Shown here piece by piece: positions 26,675 to 40,748 of a stretch of DNA of 64,000 bases. The position numbers and the translations under genes were made by a program. Numbering within the stretch: the stretch's first letter is position 1; each line of letters begins with the position of its first letter. The DNA comes from Octopus vulgaris (taxonomy: Eukaryota). The notes beneath the pieces are model-generated. The model saw only the letters and a program-made list of their open reading frames with translations, was not told the origin of the DNA and searched no databases. The stretch lies in contig OX597819.1 in the NCBI GenBank assembly GCA_951406725.2, forward strand, positions 63,240,001 to 63,304,000, given 5' to 3'.

Positions 26675-26910
26675 TTGGGCTCTGGGCCTGTTTGGGCCGG
26701 TTAAACGGTTTCCATCGCGTTTAGGTGACCGCAAGCACAACATTCCTTCTGAACTGGATCCCAGTCCGTGTTCAAGCGTATGCAGTCTATATATTCACAG
26801 TTGAATATGCTTGCGGAAACTGAAATAATGTGTATATCGCAGGACCACAACGTACTGCCTGGTATAGGGATCGAAACCACCCTCTTGCTTTCTTGAATCC
26901 AACACAACTT
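26675..26910 (-). mobile_element. Degraded tRNA-derived SINE (V-domain-like)
   Basis: Minus strand B-box 'ggtttcgatccc', 'gttgtggtcctg' and 'ggactgggatccag...ggaaaccg...ggccc'. Confidence 0.45.
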
Positions 26911-27889
26911 CCTATTCTATACGCAATGTGCTTTCAATGCAGAGCTAAAATGCAGCATACAGCTAAAGCAAGCACACAAGCAGTACCCGTATCTGCAAAA
27001 ATCAAATACCTTCTGAAAGTCAGGATTTCAAATTCCGACAGATATGTCGTTGCCAATCACACGTTCCTGTCTTCTACAAAGAATCGATATCAGATGGCAG
27101 CATTTCTCTATTCTGAAGATGGGTCTATGATTGGGTGGAGTCTGCGATGTTGATTTTACGAACTTTAATCTTCCCAAGTATCTTCAATAAACTCATAAAA
27201 GATATGAAAAAATAAATTTAATAAAAGGATAGACCAATAAAATAGACACTTTTCAATAACTACACAGGCACGAAGATACATATACACACGCACAAAGGAC
27301 CACACACATACTCAGACACACACACACACACACACACACTCACACGCACGCCCACACATATCTCTTAGTATACATCTATCAACGCATACATGCACATATA
27401 ATATATATGTATGTGCATATAGATTTTTGACTGATAAGGTGTGTTTCTTGGTGCATGCAAGTATGTGTGTGTTCTGTTGTGTGTTTCTATCTTATACGGA
27501 TATATGGGTGACGGTCTGATATAATGCATTGCAATCTAACACAATAATAGCTCTTTGAATTTAACTGGCTGTACTTGATATACTGTCGTTAATTATACAG
27601 GCAAATGTTAAAAATACCTACTCAAAGTGCCGTCATAACGACAGAATTGTAGGACATTTTATTAGCTAGTGACCCCCTCTCTGTCTCTATCTCTACATTT
27701 GTGTACAGCACATTTGTTTTGAAGTGCTTTCTAGAGACGAAACGATAACTTATATAGAAAGAAACAAAATCAATAATACAAACACAATCAAGTATAATAT
27801 ACGAAGATGGTAAATCAAGTGTAGAAATATATAGCCAGTAATAGCAGAATCGTATAGTCAGATCACTAACCAGATAAATGCATACAGAG

Positions 27890-28661
<772 letters not shown>

Positions 28662-29024
28662 TGCGCGTGTGTGTGTTTGGGCGTATAAGTGGTTTGATAC
28701 TTCCACACAAGCCTGTGTGTCCTGTGCATGTGTATCCTTTTTGTGTGTATCTGTTTATCTATCTATCTGCAGGTAAGAACGTATATAAATGTAAGAATTG
28801 AATTCCTTTGTGTGTAACGTACGTGTTCAAGCGTATGAAGTCTATATATTCACACACGCACACACACGCACACAACCACACACATAGAGTTAAATACAGG
28901 CCCATACACACACTTACACACAAGCTCAAACACACACACACACATGTACATACACGTAGAAAAAAAAAAATATATATATATACATATATATACAAACACA
29001 CACATACACACGCGCACACCCACC

Positions 29025-29074
<50 letters not shown>

Positions 29075-29475
29075 TGTATGTATGTATGTATGTATGTACG
29101 TATGAACATTTTATTACATTTGGTGTGGAAATAGGGATCATGTTTAGGTAAGCTTTTGAGCTTTCGAGTATCGTTATCTCTGCAAGGATCACATTTTTTA
29201 TTCAACATTCTGACTTACTTTGATCTTTCAACCGCCTTCCATAAATGGAAGGTTTATATTTTATTTACTAACTCCAGTCAGTCGTCGTCACGTGGTGTGT
29301 AAGAGACAAGATGCAGCTACAGCTAAACGTTTGAAATTCTCTTCAGTCATATCGACAAGTCACATCTCGTATTTATCGTTCACCTGTCACATCGAAAAAT
29401 GTGTATGTATACATACACGCATATATATATATGTGTGTGTGTATATCTGTTTATAATAGTGTATACATAGACACA

Positions 29476-29541
<66 letters not shown>

Positions 29542-29558
29542 CAAAATTACACACACAT

Positions 29559-31312
29559 CATCATCATCATTGTTCGACCGTGGTCGAGACAATAGAATTT
29601 ACCATGCTACGCCAGACTTCACGGTCCATCATGACATTACGGAGGTCCTGTTGCTGGATGCCTGTATCCCTGGAGATTACATCAGTGTAGGAGAGTGTGC
29701 GCCCTCTGGTATTGCGAGTAGATGGCTTCCAGAGGAGAAGAGAGGAAATTACCTCTTTTTCAGCTCTACAACAATGTCCAGCAAACTGGACTCTCTTACC
29801 TTTCACAAGAGATGACACAGGTGGTAGCTTCCCATATATTTGCATTTTGGTTGGATGGCGCTTCCACGAGAGATTTTGAGATCTCATAAGGAGGCGAGTG
29901 TAGGTTTCATCCAACATCCTCTCAAGCTATTTTGATAACGTCCAGGTTTCTGAGCCATATAGTAGAATTGGTTCGACTGTGGCTTTGAAGATTTCAAGTT
30001 TGAAGTCTCTACATAGATTTGATGACCAGATCTTATGCATGTCATTACAGGCTGACCAGGCCATACCCTTTCTAGTTAGAAAGTCTTTTTCAGATGATGA
30101 TATGTATGACCCAAGATATTTGTAATCAAAAACCATATTTAAGGGCGCATTGTTGAGAGTATGGATGATGCAATCACTCTTGGACAGGCACTTGTTTATG
30201 TATTCAGTTTTGGCCTCATTGAGGTAAAGATCTACACAATTTGAGGCTTGTTCAAGAGATTGTAAAAGAGACTAGGCATTGGAGAGAGAATCACTGATAA
30301 GAGCGATGTCGTCAGCAAAGTCAGTGTCTGTCAAGTACTCAGCTGGGTGTCTGGAACTTCTTCTTGGTTTTATTTCAAAGCCCTTGCCAGATATGGTATC
30401 AAATGACATACGTAGCACATAATCAACAACAATGATGAATAGAAATGGGGCGAGTGTGTCTCCCTGCAGTATTCCGGCTTTGATTGAGAAAGATGATGTT
30501 TTTCCGTCAGGGGTGAAGATGGTTGAAGACGTATCTGTGTAGAGGACCTTGATGACAGAAATTATTTTGTCTGGTATCCCACAGAGCTTAAGGATTTCAG
30601 ACATCTTGTACCTATCTACAGAATCGAACGCTTTAGAAAAGTCCACAAATACCATTGCAAGATCGCGATTGAATGCTTTTGATTCGTCAATAAGTCTGCG
30701 TAGGCATAGTATCTGGCTCAGCGTTGAGCGCCCATGTCTGAATCCATTTTGGTTCTTTCGGAGCAAAGGTTCAACAAAAAGGACAAGACGATTTAGGATC
30801 AGTTTGTTGTACAGTTTTGCAGCAATTGACATTAGAGATATACCCCTGTAGTTGGTGACGAGGGATAAATCGCCTTTTCTGGGTATTGGGATGATTTGAG
30901 ATTGGTGCCAGATCTTTGGAGCGACAAAGGTGGAAAGTGTGTGGTTGCAGAGGTTGAGAAAAAGTGTGTGAAATCTATCATCCTTCCAAATTATAGCTGG
31001 GATGCTGTCGGGACCAAATGCTTTCGAGGCTTTTAGTTGTTTGGTGGCTGCTGTTAATTCAAATATGGTAAAAGGGTAGGTGTTGATGTCCAGCGTGTCT
31101 GATATAGGCACACTTGGAAGAGTGGGATAATCAGGGATTTTGGCATTCTTCCCAGGGAGGTTTTTAAAATGGGTTGACCAATTTTCTAAACGCTTCTTAG
31201 CTGATCCCCCTTTAATTCTAATTGATGACCCAGAATTTTTGCCTGATAGGTCTTTGATGGATTTCCAGGCGAGATGGTGTTTTTTACTAATGTGCTCTTT
31301 GGATAGTTTACT
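29559..31312 (-). mobile_element. RTE-clade LINE, 5'-truncated and young (RT plus C-terminus in one frame with two TAG stops)
   Basis: NYRGISLMSIAAKLYN, QNGFRHGRST, FVDFSKAFDSV, GILQGDTLAPFLF, DFADD, YKYLGS, LLYGSETW, FAGHC. (GAT)n tail. TSD aattacacacacat at 29545-29558 and 31313-31328, differing by one CA unit. Confidence 0.95.
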
Positions 31313-31786
31313 AATTACACACACACATATATATAAAGAAAGAAAGAAGGAAAGAAGAAAGCCAAGGCATAAATGAATTGATATTCACTACATCCGTTTC
31401 AGACGTAATTTTTATTGGTGTATAAACATTTTATGTATTGATATTTTTCTTGAAGCAAATTTGAAATTTGAAATTTCACTTCTCTTGAAGAAAACAGCTT
31501 TTTTCATTGATATAATCGTGTTATTCATCAATAAATGTCATGTCTGAAGCAGCTGAAGGGAATCATAACCAACTCCATAGGGCGTAAATACCACACATGA
31601 AGCCCTCCGTTATATCTGGCAGTCACAGTGGATTGTAAAACTGCATGAATACTTATATGAATATGTATTTAAATTAAAATTTAAAATGAGGGTGAAAAAT
31701 GGATATTAATTTGATTGATATCAATTTAAAACCAGTGGTCTAGCATATTAAAATCTGAAGGTTTAGAAAATTGTATTATATACATA

Positions 31787-32235
31787 TGAGAGGGATGACC
31801 ACTATATAGACAACCCTTATGCTAGAAGTAGATGCGCTATGGTCTTACCACTAAGAAATGTTCTCAAGAAAATTTAGCAACCTGAACGTAAACAAGCATG
31901 ACAAATGAAAAGTAACAAAAATGCAGATTAACCGTAAACATGTTTCACTATCAACAGTTACGCAGTTTTACTAACGCAATTTGTCCGTAGATCTTCAGTA
32001 TGATCGTCATTACAAATATAATTTGCGGAAATATACACTAGACGTCTGCTTAAGGTTGGACATGCATATAGTTCTACCTAATACACTTGTGGTTATTTTT
32101 CAAATGTCCTCGTTTCAGCGCGCTCGCTTTCGTTCTGGTATTTGCTACATTTTATTGAGAACATTTCTCAGTGGTTAGGCCATAGCGGATCTACTTCTTG
32201 CATAAGGGTTGTCCACATAGTGGTCATCCCTCTCA
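31787..32235. repeat. ~100-bp inverted repeat pair (31787-31888 / 32131-32235)
   Basis: tgagagggatgaccactat...acaacccttatgc.agaagtagat.cgctatgg...gaaatgttctcaa and its reverse complement. Confidence 0.9.
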
Positions 32236-32710
32236 ACTGTATATATGAATATGTATATTGATTTGTTCATGTGCATGTATAGATAAATGCTAGGATAAGC
32301 CCATATGTCTACAGATATATGCGTAGTTGTGCGTATACAGTATATACACGTGGATAAGCTAATCTCGAACCTCATTTGGTGTCCTTTTTAAAATATGTTG
32401 ATTCAGCTGAATCCTACAAGTAATCATACATACATACTTTCATACATTCTTACATGCATACATACATACATTCATACATACATACATACATACTTACATA
32501 CATACATACACAATATATGGATTTGCATAAATCCAGTGGTACTCACAAAGGTCTCTTTTACTGGATCACGCTTCAAACTACGTTAGAAACCGAAGATAAG
32601 GGATGTAATGTATAGTTCAATTTAGCTGAAATACAGTAAATCCAATTATTAATGATTATTCCATTAGGAGTATGAAAATGTATATAACAGTAATATATAA
32701 TATAAATATA

Positions 32711-32774
<64 letters not shown>

Positions 32775-32776
<2 letters not shown>

Positions 32777-33260
32777 GCACAATATATTCACTGGGTAATT
32801 GGCAAAAGCCTGAACCTGCCCCATGATAAAAACTGGTGGGAACACAAACCACTTCCACTGCTTGAAAATGGTCACAACTCACTCCGTTGGAACTTCACCA
32901 TTCAAACTGACAGAAAGATGGATGCGAATAGGCCAGACATCATATTGAAATGCTTCAGACTAAAATCATGCTTCCTCATTGATATGACTGTCTCAATTGA
33001 CATAAATGTATCTGTCAAGATCTACCAAAAACTGAGCAGGTATAAAGATCTTGAAACAGAAATTGGCAAAATGTGGAACTTCAAGACTTAAACAATACCT
33101 TTTCAAATAAACTCTTCATTTACTTGTTTTCTGTAGAACAATACTATGTGTAAAACCAAATATATGATACCCTAGTCATAACACCAACATGTACTTCTAA
33201 CTTGTCTCTTGCGGTCTCTGGGTGAGACTTGAAATCAACTTGTACAAATACAAAGCAAAA
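32775..33260 (+). mobile_element. R4/Dong LINE 3' fragment
   Basis: AQYIHWVIGK...WNFTIQTDRKMDANRPDIILK...FLIDMTV...KLSRYKDLETEIGKMW directly after (TAA)n at 32710-32774. Confidence 0.88.
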
Positions 33261-33671
33261 GTCGTTGCTTGTGATCTTAACTGATTGGAAGTGTTATCAT
33301 GTACATAGTTTTGTCTTGGTATAAAAGATGGGTTACAGCAAATATTCTGCTCAATACCACAGATTTGCTTGTCAGTTGCTAGACTTTAACCAGTTGACTA
33401 TGTCCCTTAGTGGCTAACGATATGTGCATCTCTACTACTAGCAGAAGTAGTGGAGGAGCATCATAGCCGTGTGTTGAAAGGAATTCTTGGAGGTTTGGAT
33501 AATTCACCTTTGGAAACATGGGTGGTTCGTTCACCATCCTTAAACGATCCTTATTCAGGGATCTTTTGAGCGGGATGGGCTACTCGACCAGAAGAAAATT
33601 CTAACTGGGCCTCACCTACAAGGCCATGCGCTGTTTATCTTGATATGAGATCACCATGTCGCGCACATTTG

Positions 33672-33838
33672 GAAGAGTGGCAGTGTGGTAAGGAACTTGC
33701 TGCTCAGCATGACGGTTCCGGGTTCAGTCCCACTGTGTGACATTTTGGGCAAGTGTCTTTTACTATAGTCTCGGGGTGACCAAAGCTTTGTGAGTGGACT
33801 TAGTAGACGGAAACGGAAAGAAGGCCGTCGTATATATA
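33672..33838 (+). mobile_element. SINE family A, 5' half
   Basis: gagtggcagtgtggtaagg...ggttcagtcccactg...ttgggcaagtgtctt. Confidence 0.8.
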
Positions 33839-34689
33839 TGATCATAGGATCAAGATCGAGAATATTGAAAACACTTAGTATCTGTCGGACCTGCAACACC
33901 AGGTCTTTTCCCCTTTATTTTTCTGAAGATTTGTATTCTCTGTAAGTTCACTCTGTCAGTATATAAAGATCTATAAATTAATGCTTGAATATTCATCGTT
34001 TGAAAAATTTCAGAGTTAGTTTTGTCCCTATTTACATGTATTTTATCTTTTACCTGTTTCAAGGATTATACTGCGGAGTTGCATCATTATTTCTCTCTGT
34101 ATAAGGATATACAAACATATATAAATACTCACACGCACGCGCGAATACACAATCGCACACACATTCATAATACACACACACACATATCTATGTGTTTATG
34201 TGTGCCAGCTTGTCTATGTTGTTTGTTTCCAACCACGTGAGAAGCAGATAGAATAAAAATACATTCTGGGCCCATTTATTTGAGTGAACCTCATCAAGGC
34301 GATGTCGTAGCATGGCAGAAACCCAAGGGCTAAAACTAGTAACATATAAAAGGTAAATGAATGCAAAATACAGAAAAATACTAGTTTGAAAAACAAATTA
34401 TATGCAAATTTTATGTTGGAACATATGCGTCGAAAAAGCCAATTGCAAATTTCTATTTTAATACAGATTCATATTATAATACATTAAAAATAAAACATAG
34501 AAATGCAAGAAAAAAAAATTCAGGCAGGTAACATTGTGTTAGCAAATGCATTTGAAAGGTTTGGTGAATTAGTTTATATTGAAATATAAATGAATTTATC
34601 GTGTTTGTAATTCACGGATTCTTATAAAGATAAAGACATAGAGAGACAGACAGGCAGATGCATAGATAGCATCGCAGATACATACGAGA

Positions 34690-36010
34690 AAACAAGCAAC
34701 AATTTATAAAAAGAGGTGAATATTGGAGCAAGGAGATCCCTTCCAGCCTGAAAGATAGTTATAGAGTTGAATATTTTTCCCCTACGTAAACCCTTTATCT
34801 CACTTAAGGACCATACAAATAATTTTAATAGAAACCCGTAGATTGATTAACTCAGCAAAAGCGAGAAACAAAAAACGAGTAATTAGCAAAAACATCTTAG
34901 ATTCAATTCTAGATAAATTAAGTAGGGATTTAGATTCACACCTTTGCAGTAATAGTGGGGTCGGTTATAGACTGGTTTAAGGGCATCAGAGAAAAGCATA
35001 ACTGTAAATTTACGCACTTTAATATAGTATACGTTTGCCCATCTATATCCAGACCTCTAATTCTTAGAGGACTGAATATTTCCAAGGAGTACTTATCCAT
35101 TAGCGATTCCGACGTAGGCATCATTTTACATGTCAGGAAATGTCTACTTGTTTTTGCCGAATCAACTTGTGTCAAAAAGAACGGAGTTTCTTTATTCGAT
35201 GTGCCGATGGGTGCGTACGACGGAGCAGAATTGTGCCTGTTAATAGGTACTTATATTTTATACATCTAGAATATAGAATTTCCTTCATTAAATGCAGGAT
35301 TTTATAGGGACGATGGACGCATAGTTACCCGCAACATGAACGGACATGACTTGCTGGCCCTACAAGGAATCACATTGCATTCTTTCAAAGTTTGAAATTA
35401 AGATACAAACGTTAACAACTTTAATTTTTTAGATTTAAATTTAGAATTCTATAGCTTTAAGCTCTTTCGCAAACCTAATTAAAGTCTATACTATATCGAA
35501 AAAGAATAGAATCACACACCTGTCATACTTAGAAATGTAGTTAGTAATAGAGTGAACCTGGATTTCAGCTTTACCTTCGGACGAGGTGGCTTCTCGAAAT
35601 GCCACCCTATTCTGTAATGAAGCTTTCTATTTCAGTGAATTCTCAGAGGAGATACAGTATATTCGTAGTAAAAGTAGTCAGAATAGAGCACCTAAACCTA
35701 GAACTAGAAAGGTTTTGTGGTTCAACCCAACATTCAGCGCTACCGTTAGAACTAACGGAAGAAAAGAATTTTAAAATTTAGTCTCAAGACATTTTCCAGT
35801 CAGCCATAAACACCATAGAATTTTTAATAGAAGGACGCTTCAGGTTAGACAAGCATAACACGAAAATACTAGGCAAACCGAGAGGTACCGCTGAAGGAAA
35901 CAACCAAAAATGTAATTCCAACGACCAAAGTTTCTGCCCTTTAGGGTGAGATTGTATAATTAAAGGCATAGTTTACAGAGTCAAAGTTCAGATGGACAGC
36001 ACGTATGAAT
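34690..36010 (+). mobile_element. Penelope-like element (Naiad-type): degraded RT and start of GIY-YIG region
   Basis: PFISLKDH, LINSAKSE, VIDWFKGI, FDVPMGAYDGAELCLLIG, GFYRDDG, RKVLWFNPTFS, RHFP..H..HRIFNR, KCNS....CPLG*DCIIKGIVY. Confidence 0.82.
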
Positions 36011-36302
36011 ACAATACGTGCTGCTGGCTTGGGATTCCCCGTTCGTTGATTAGGGCTGTAATAAGTATTTGCGGACAGGAAATAGCGGAGATTCCACGTT
36101 CACATTTTGGGTCCATAAGATTTGTTGGGCGATAACTAAGGGCGATAACCCGGTTTTCTACCTCCAGTTTGAAGGGAGGTTATATGCCCGCGGCCACTCA
36201 TGTCTGGCGAATCGTCTATAAAGCTAACGCACTATGGATGCAAATCCATTGGTCACTCTATGACCGAACATATATTTGACTTTATACACACACACGCACA
36301 AT

Positions 36303-36334
<32 letters not shown>

Positions 36335-36361
<27 letters not shown>

Positions 36362-36750
36362 AACATTGTGTACAGTGCTCAGGTGCACTACAACTCATCT
36401 AAAGTGTATGTATAATCAGGTGTAGTTTCGGCGGATTTCGGAAAGCATGAGGGCCTTGAAGGATGAGCGTGAAAAAATGTTTCCGAAAGTCATGGGAGCT
36501 GTGCTGTTTTCTGACTTTGTAGGCATGTCCACGTGTGTTGGACACATGGAGATCAAAAAGGTGCTCAGTGTTGTTGTTGGTGAGGTGGTTGATAACTTTG
36601 TGGGTGTTTACCAAGTCCATCGCCAGACGCCGAAGCTTCAGTGAATCCATGCCCAGGGAAGCAAGGCGCTCGGAGTATGGTAGGTGTCTGGAGGGTATGC
36701 GTTTGGTTGCACGTCTCTGAACAGATTCCAGGAGGTCAATGTTCTGAGCA
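36335..36750 (-). mobile_element. CR1-clade LINE 3' fragment
   Basis: IDLLESVQRRATKRIP...YSERLASLGMDSLKLRRL..DL...HK...TRGH.YKV...RKHFF, with a (TTA)n tail on the element strand. Confidence 0.88.
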
Positions 36751-38612
36751 AGTATATATATATATAGTTGTACTTATTGAGAACAAGAGAGAGCTAATTC
36801 CATACAGACCTCTTCAATCATATTTAATTTGTTAAAGCTAATCATTTCTCTTAACTGTTTCACATACAATTTTTTTTCTTCTTTTTATTGTATTTCTCCA
36901 CACATAATTATTTATTTAATACATAAGACATTTCTTTCAAATCTAAAATAGAAACATTTTCCATTCAATAATATAGCTACTTCTATTCAAAAATTTTTTC
37001 ATTTCGGTTTTTCTAAACTATATGAACTTTCAGCCGAAATATTAATTGCAGGCGTATTTCAGATACATTCATAAATCCTAAAAATACACGTAGAAATAAA
37101 GGAAAAAATTGTTTACCTCTTCCTGATCGTATTTTATTTATTCATCTTTTACAAACCTTTCTCCTAATGAATGTTTTAAAATGTATTGAATACAGAGAGT
37201 TACTCATATAATTTTTTGTTATTTTTTTTAACAGTATTTAAATTCAATATTTATTGTATTACAAATATGTGCATTTACATTGAAAAAAACTCAAAAGTTT
37301 ACATCTTAATTATATTCAAAATGAATGAATTTGTTACAAATTTTTTTTTTTAAAATAGACCCTAATTAAAACTAAAATGCTAATTTTCTCCGTTTTCACT
37401 AATAAAAGCAGTTAATACGAAATTCCCACTTACTCAAGTAATACGTATAAATAAACATAGAATCCGTTACTTCACAGAATCAAACATGTAATATTATACT
37501 CCCTCAATACACAAACCCATGTATTCACCATATATTTACTTTATATTCGATATTATTCAGTTACCTACTTCTTCATATCACAAGCTGAGAATACATACAC
37601 AGTTAAGCCGTATCTTTTCGGGTGTTGCTTATTCTTTTGCGTTATTCACACTTAAAGTGTTATATATTTCCTTGTATGTATCTTTTCTACAAACACAGAG
37701 GTAAAAGCTAGATTTAGAGAACTTTGAAATCACTTAAACGTGGAAATGAATAGGTACATAACTCTGCCTCTTATATTGATTTCATTTTCACTGAAAATTA
37801 TTGAAATTATATTCACATAAATCATACACATACACACGTACATACACAGAGAGAAACACTAAGACGCAGGTATGCCAAACTTCTGTATACAAACATACAC
37901 AAAACAAATACGTACATACAAACACAAGCAGTTATTAGACTGCAGCCATACTAGAGCATGGCTTAAAGAGTTGTTAGTTGAATGAACCGACCCCAGTAGT
38001 TGGTTTTTTTTCATAAGCCTAGATTGCTTTCTTTCAATGAATCTCAAAGTTTTGGGGGCGTAAAAACACCAGTACCGGTGTGTGAGGACAAAAACACACA
38101 CATATACACACATAGAATACACACACAAACATGCACATAAACACATTTACACACATGTATACACACATGCACACTCACAAACACACACACTTTCACACAT
38201 ACATAACCACGCACAAACAGACACACTTTCACACACACACACACACGCACACAAACGCGCACGCACACACGAATTATATATGTGTGTATTTTTTAAATGA
38301 CTGACACGGAAGACTAGAAACACATTGGATCTTCAGAGGAACATTACGACAGTAATAACAGCACACGCACTGGTTAGTTATTACTTCTTTGTTGTCAGTG
38401 AATTGTTTAAATATCTAACCAAGTAACTCATCGACAGTTTGTTTTATGCGTTGGTTAAAAAATCAAATAATGGTGAATTTGTTTGTCAAAGTCCGTTCGT
38501 CGTTAGTCGCGCCCTCACCGAATAAATAACCTCTTCAATGTCTGTTTTGCGTCTGTCTGAAAAGTTAGTCTTATGCCTGTTTATATGTATGTTTGTACGT
38601 GTGCATGTGAGT

Positions 38613-38908
38613 GAAGGCGCGTGGCTCAGTGGTCAGAGCGTCGAGTTTACGATTGTGAGGTTTTGAGTTTGATTCCGGGACTGGGCTGCGTGTTGTGTTC
38701 TTGAGAATGATACTTTATTTCGCGTTGTTCCAGTTCACTCAGCTGTAGAAATGTGTTGCAAAATCACTGGTACCAAGCTATATCGACCCCTTTACCAAGC
38801 GGGAAGGCTGGTATGAATGGGCGACTGCTGGTCTTCCAATAAAAACTTTGCCCGGACTTGTGCGTCGGAGGGTAACTGTCTACGTACAATCTCAGTCACT
38901 CATGACCC
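38613..38908 (+). mobile_element. tRNA-derived SINE, family C
   Basis: ggcgcgtggctcagtggtcagagc...gagtttgattcc, then 'tgttgtgttcttgag...actttatttc.cgttg.tccagttcactcagctg'. Confidence 0.75.
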
Positions 38909-38999
38909 TGTACGTATGTATGCAGATGTTTGCTTACAAAAGGAAGAATAGGAAAATATTAGATTTATAAGCCCTAAAATTCCCTCCATAATTGCCCAC

Positions 39000-39095
39000 G
39001 GGCATATGGCTTAGTGGTTAAGTGTTACTAACCCCAAGATTCCGAGTTCGATTCCAGGCAGTGACCTGCATAATAATAATAATAATAATAATAAT
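39000..39095 (+). mobile_element. Short tRNA-derived SINE head with (TAA)n tail
   Basis: A box tggcttagtgg, B box gagttcgattcc, immediately followed by (taa)n. No complete cloverleaf. Confidence 0.6.
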
Positions 39096-40362
39096 ACAAA
39101 AGTATAGTTTGGGAATAAGCGAGGTGTGTGTGTGTAAGTGCGTGTACGCTAGCCATCAATAATCTCTTTAAGGGTTCGGTCTTTTGTTTAAGGTCAGTTC
39201 GGTCTGCGAACTGCTGGGATTTGTTTGTCACCTTGCAGAAATGTATTCGTGTAGTTGTTTTTGTGGGAGGTGGAATAGAGGACAGGGTTGGTATGAGAGT
39301 ATCTGCGTGCGTGTGCTTTTGCAGTCGAGTCGCTCGTACGAGTGTGTATATAACGCTATTGACCCTACACAGTTATGAATAACATACCCTTTCGACAAGA
39401 GCATAAATAAATACTGATAGTAACTACACTGTATGTGTCTTTAACACCAGTATTGACTGTAAAACCAAGGAATGGGGATTGTAAGAACCGGAATACAACA
39501 TATATTGGAGAGACTTAACATGAAATTATAGGCGGGAGTATAATGACAGGAAACAGCTGTATATACTCTAACGCCATGTCAAAGATCATTATGGTTGCAT
39601 GCTGAACCTAAAGATATGCGTGTCTGTTCTCATAAATGAGGCATACTATTATGGAAAATATGCGTAAATAGTAGAACTAAAACGCGACTGTAACTACCCC
39701 TGAAATTTACACACTTGGGTACGTAAGTGTTTGGATGGGCATGTGTTTAGTTGTATAGGCAGATATATAAAAGATAGGAGTAGACCAGTGGTTCTCAACC
39801 AGTGTCCATATGGTGCCTATTTCTAGAAGATCTTGGGATTTCAGACTAAATTCATACCTGTCGACGTGCTGGATTCCTTCTCCTTCACAGAGAACCCCCA
39901 CCCTTTTTTCTGAGAAGCTAAGAAGCTATATTCTTTGTGGTAATCAAAGAAATAGTGAATCCTCCTCCTCCTCCCCCGCCTCACCTCCCACTTTCTCCTC
40001 CTCCTGCCCTCCCAATGCACCGCCTCTTCCTTCGTTTCCTCTACCTTCTCATTCTTATTCCTAATTTTCTCTTGTGTAGCTCTAGATCCCGCATTATATT
40101 TCTACCATTCTTACAAACAATATTCTTATGATTTCTAATAGCCACATCAGCAAGAGATTTTCTTTCTCTTTCAAACTATTTCTCACACAAGAATACACAT
40201 ACATATAAATAAATAAACAAATAAAATACAATAACTATAACTTTGTTGTAATTACAGCTCATTATGCAGAACACTTCATTGAAACATTAACAGAAATGTC
40301 TTGAACACGCTCACCGAAATGTGAAGCGAAAGGCAAAAGTATAAACGTTTGAGACACTGTTA

Positions 40363-40748
40363 TACTCTTTTACTCTTTTACTTGTTTCAGTCATTTGACT
40401 GCGGCCATGCTGGAGCACCGCCTTTTAGTCGAGGAAATCGACCCCAGGACTTATTCTTTTAAGCCTAATACTTATTCTATCGGTTTCCTTTTCCGAACCC
40501 CTAAGTTACGTCGATTGTCAAGCGATGTTGGGGAGAGGAGGACGAACACAGATACAAACACACACTCACACACACACACACATATTTATACGACGGGCTT
40601 CTTTCACTTTCCGTCTACCAAACCCACTCACAAGGCTTTGGCCGGCCCGAGGCTATAGTAGAAGATACTTGCCCAAGGTGCCACGCAGTGGGACTGACCC
40701 GAAACCACGTGGTTGGAAAGCAAGCTACTTACCACACAGCCACTCCTA
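40363..40748 (-). mobile_element. SINE family A, full length
   Basis: Complete family A layout. Confidence 0.88.

Noticed and set aside
31385-31560. Possible minus-strand hammerhead (GAAAC-ggat-GUA)
   Set aside because: No properly placed CUGANGA or stem I partner.
33265-33668. Unique-looking segment after the Dong 3' fragment
   Set aside because: Probably an unclassified repeat, but there is no ORF, terminal structure or second copy in the window to support a call.
35947-35949. In-frame TGA in the Cys-rich motif of the Naiad-like element (possible selenocysteine, as known for some Naiads)
   Set aside because: In CPLG*DC the TGA falls at the conserved Gly position (likely GGA>TGA), not at a Cys. 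The copy is heavily degraded and I see no SECIS.
39000-39070. Possible tRNA gene (also 1286-1360 and 38615-38685)
   Set aside because: A and B boxes are present, but there is no complete cloverleaf or acceptor stem and each runs into a SINE body or tail.
39785-39800. hAT/Charlie-like terminus cagtggttctcaacc
   Set aside because: No matching second TIR or 8-bp TSD found.
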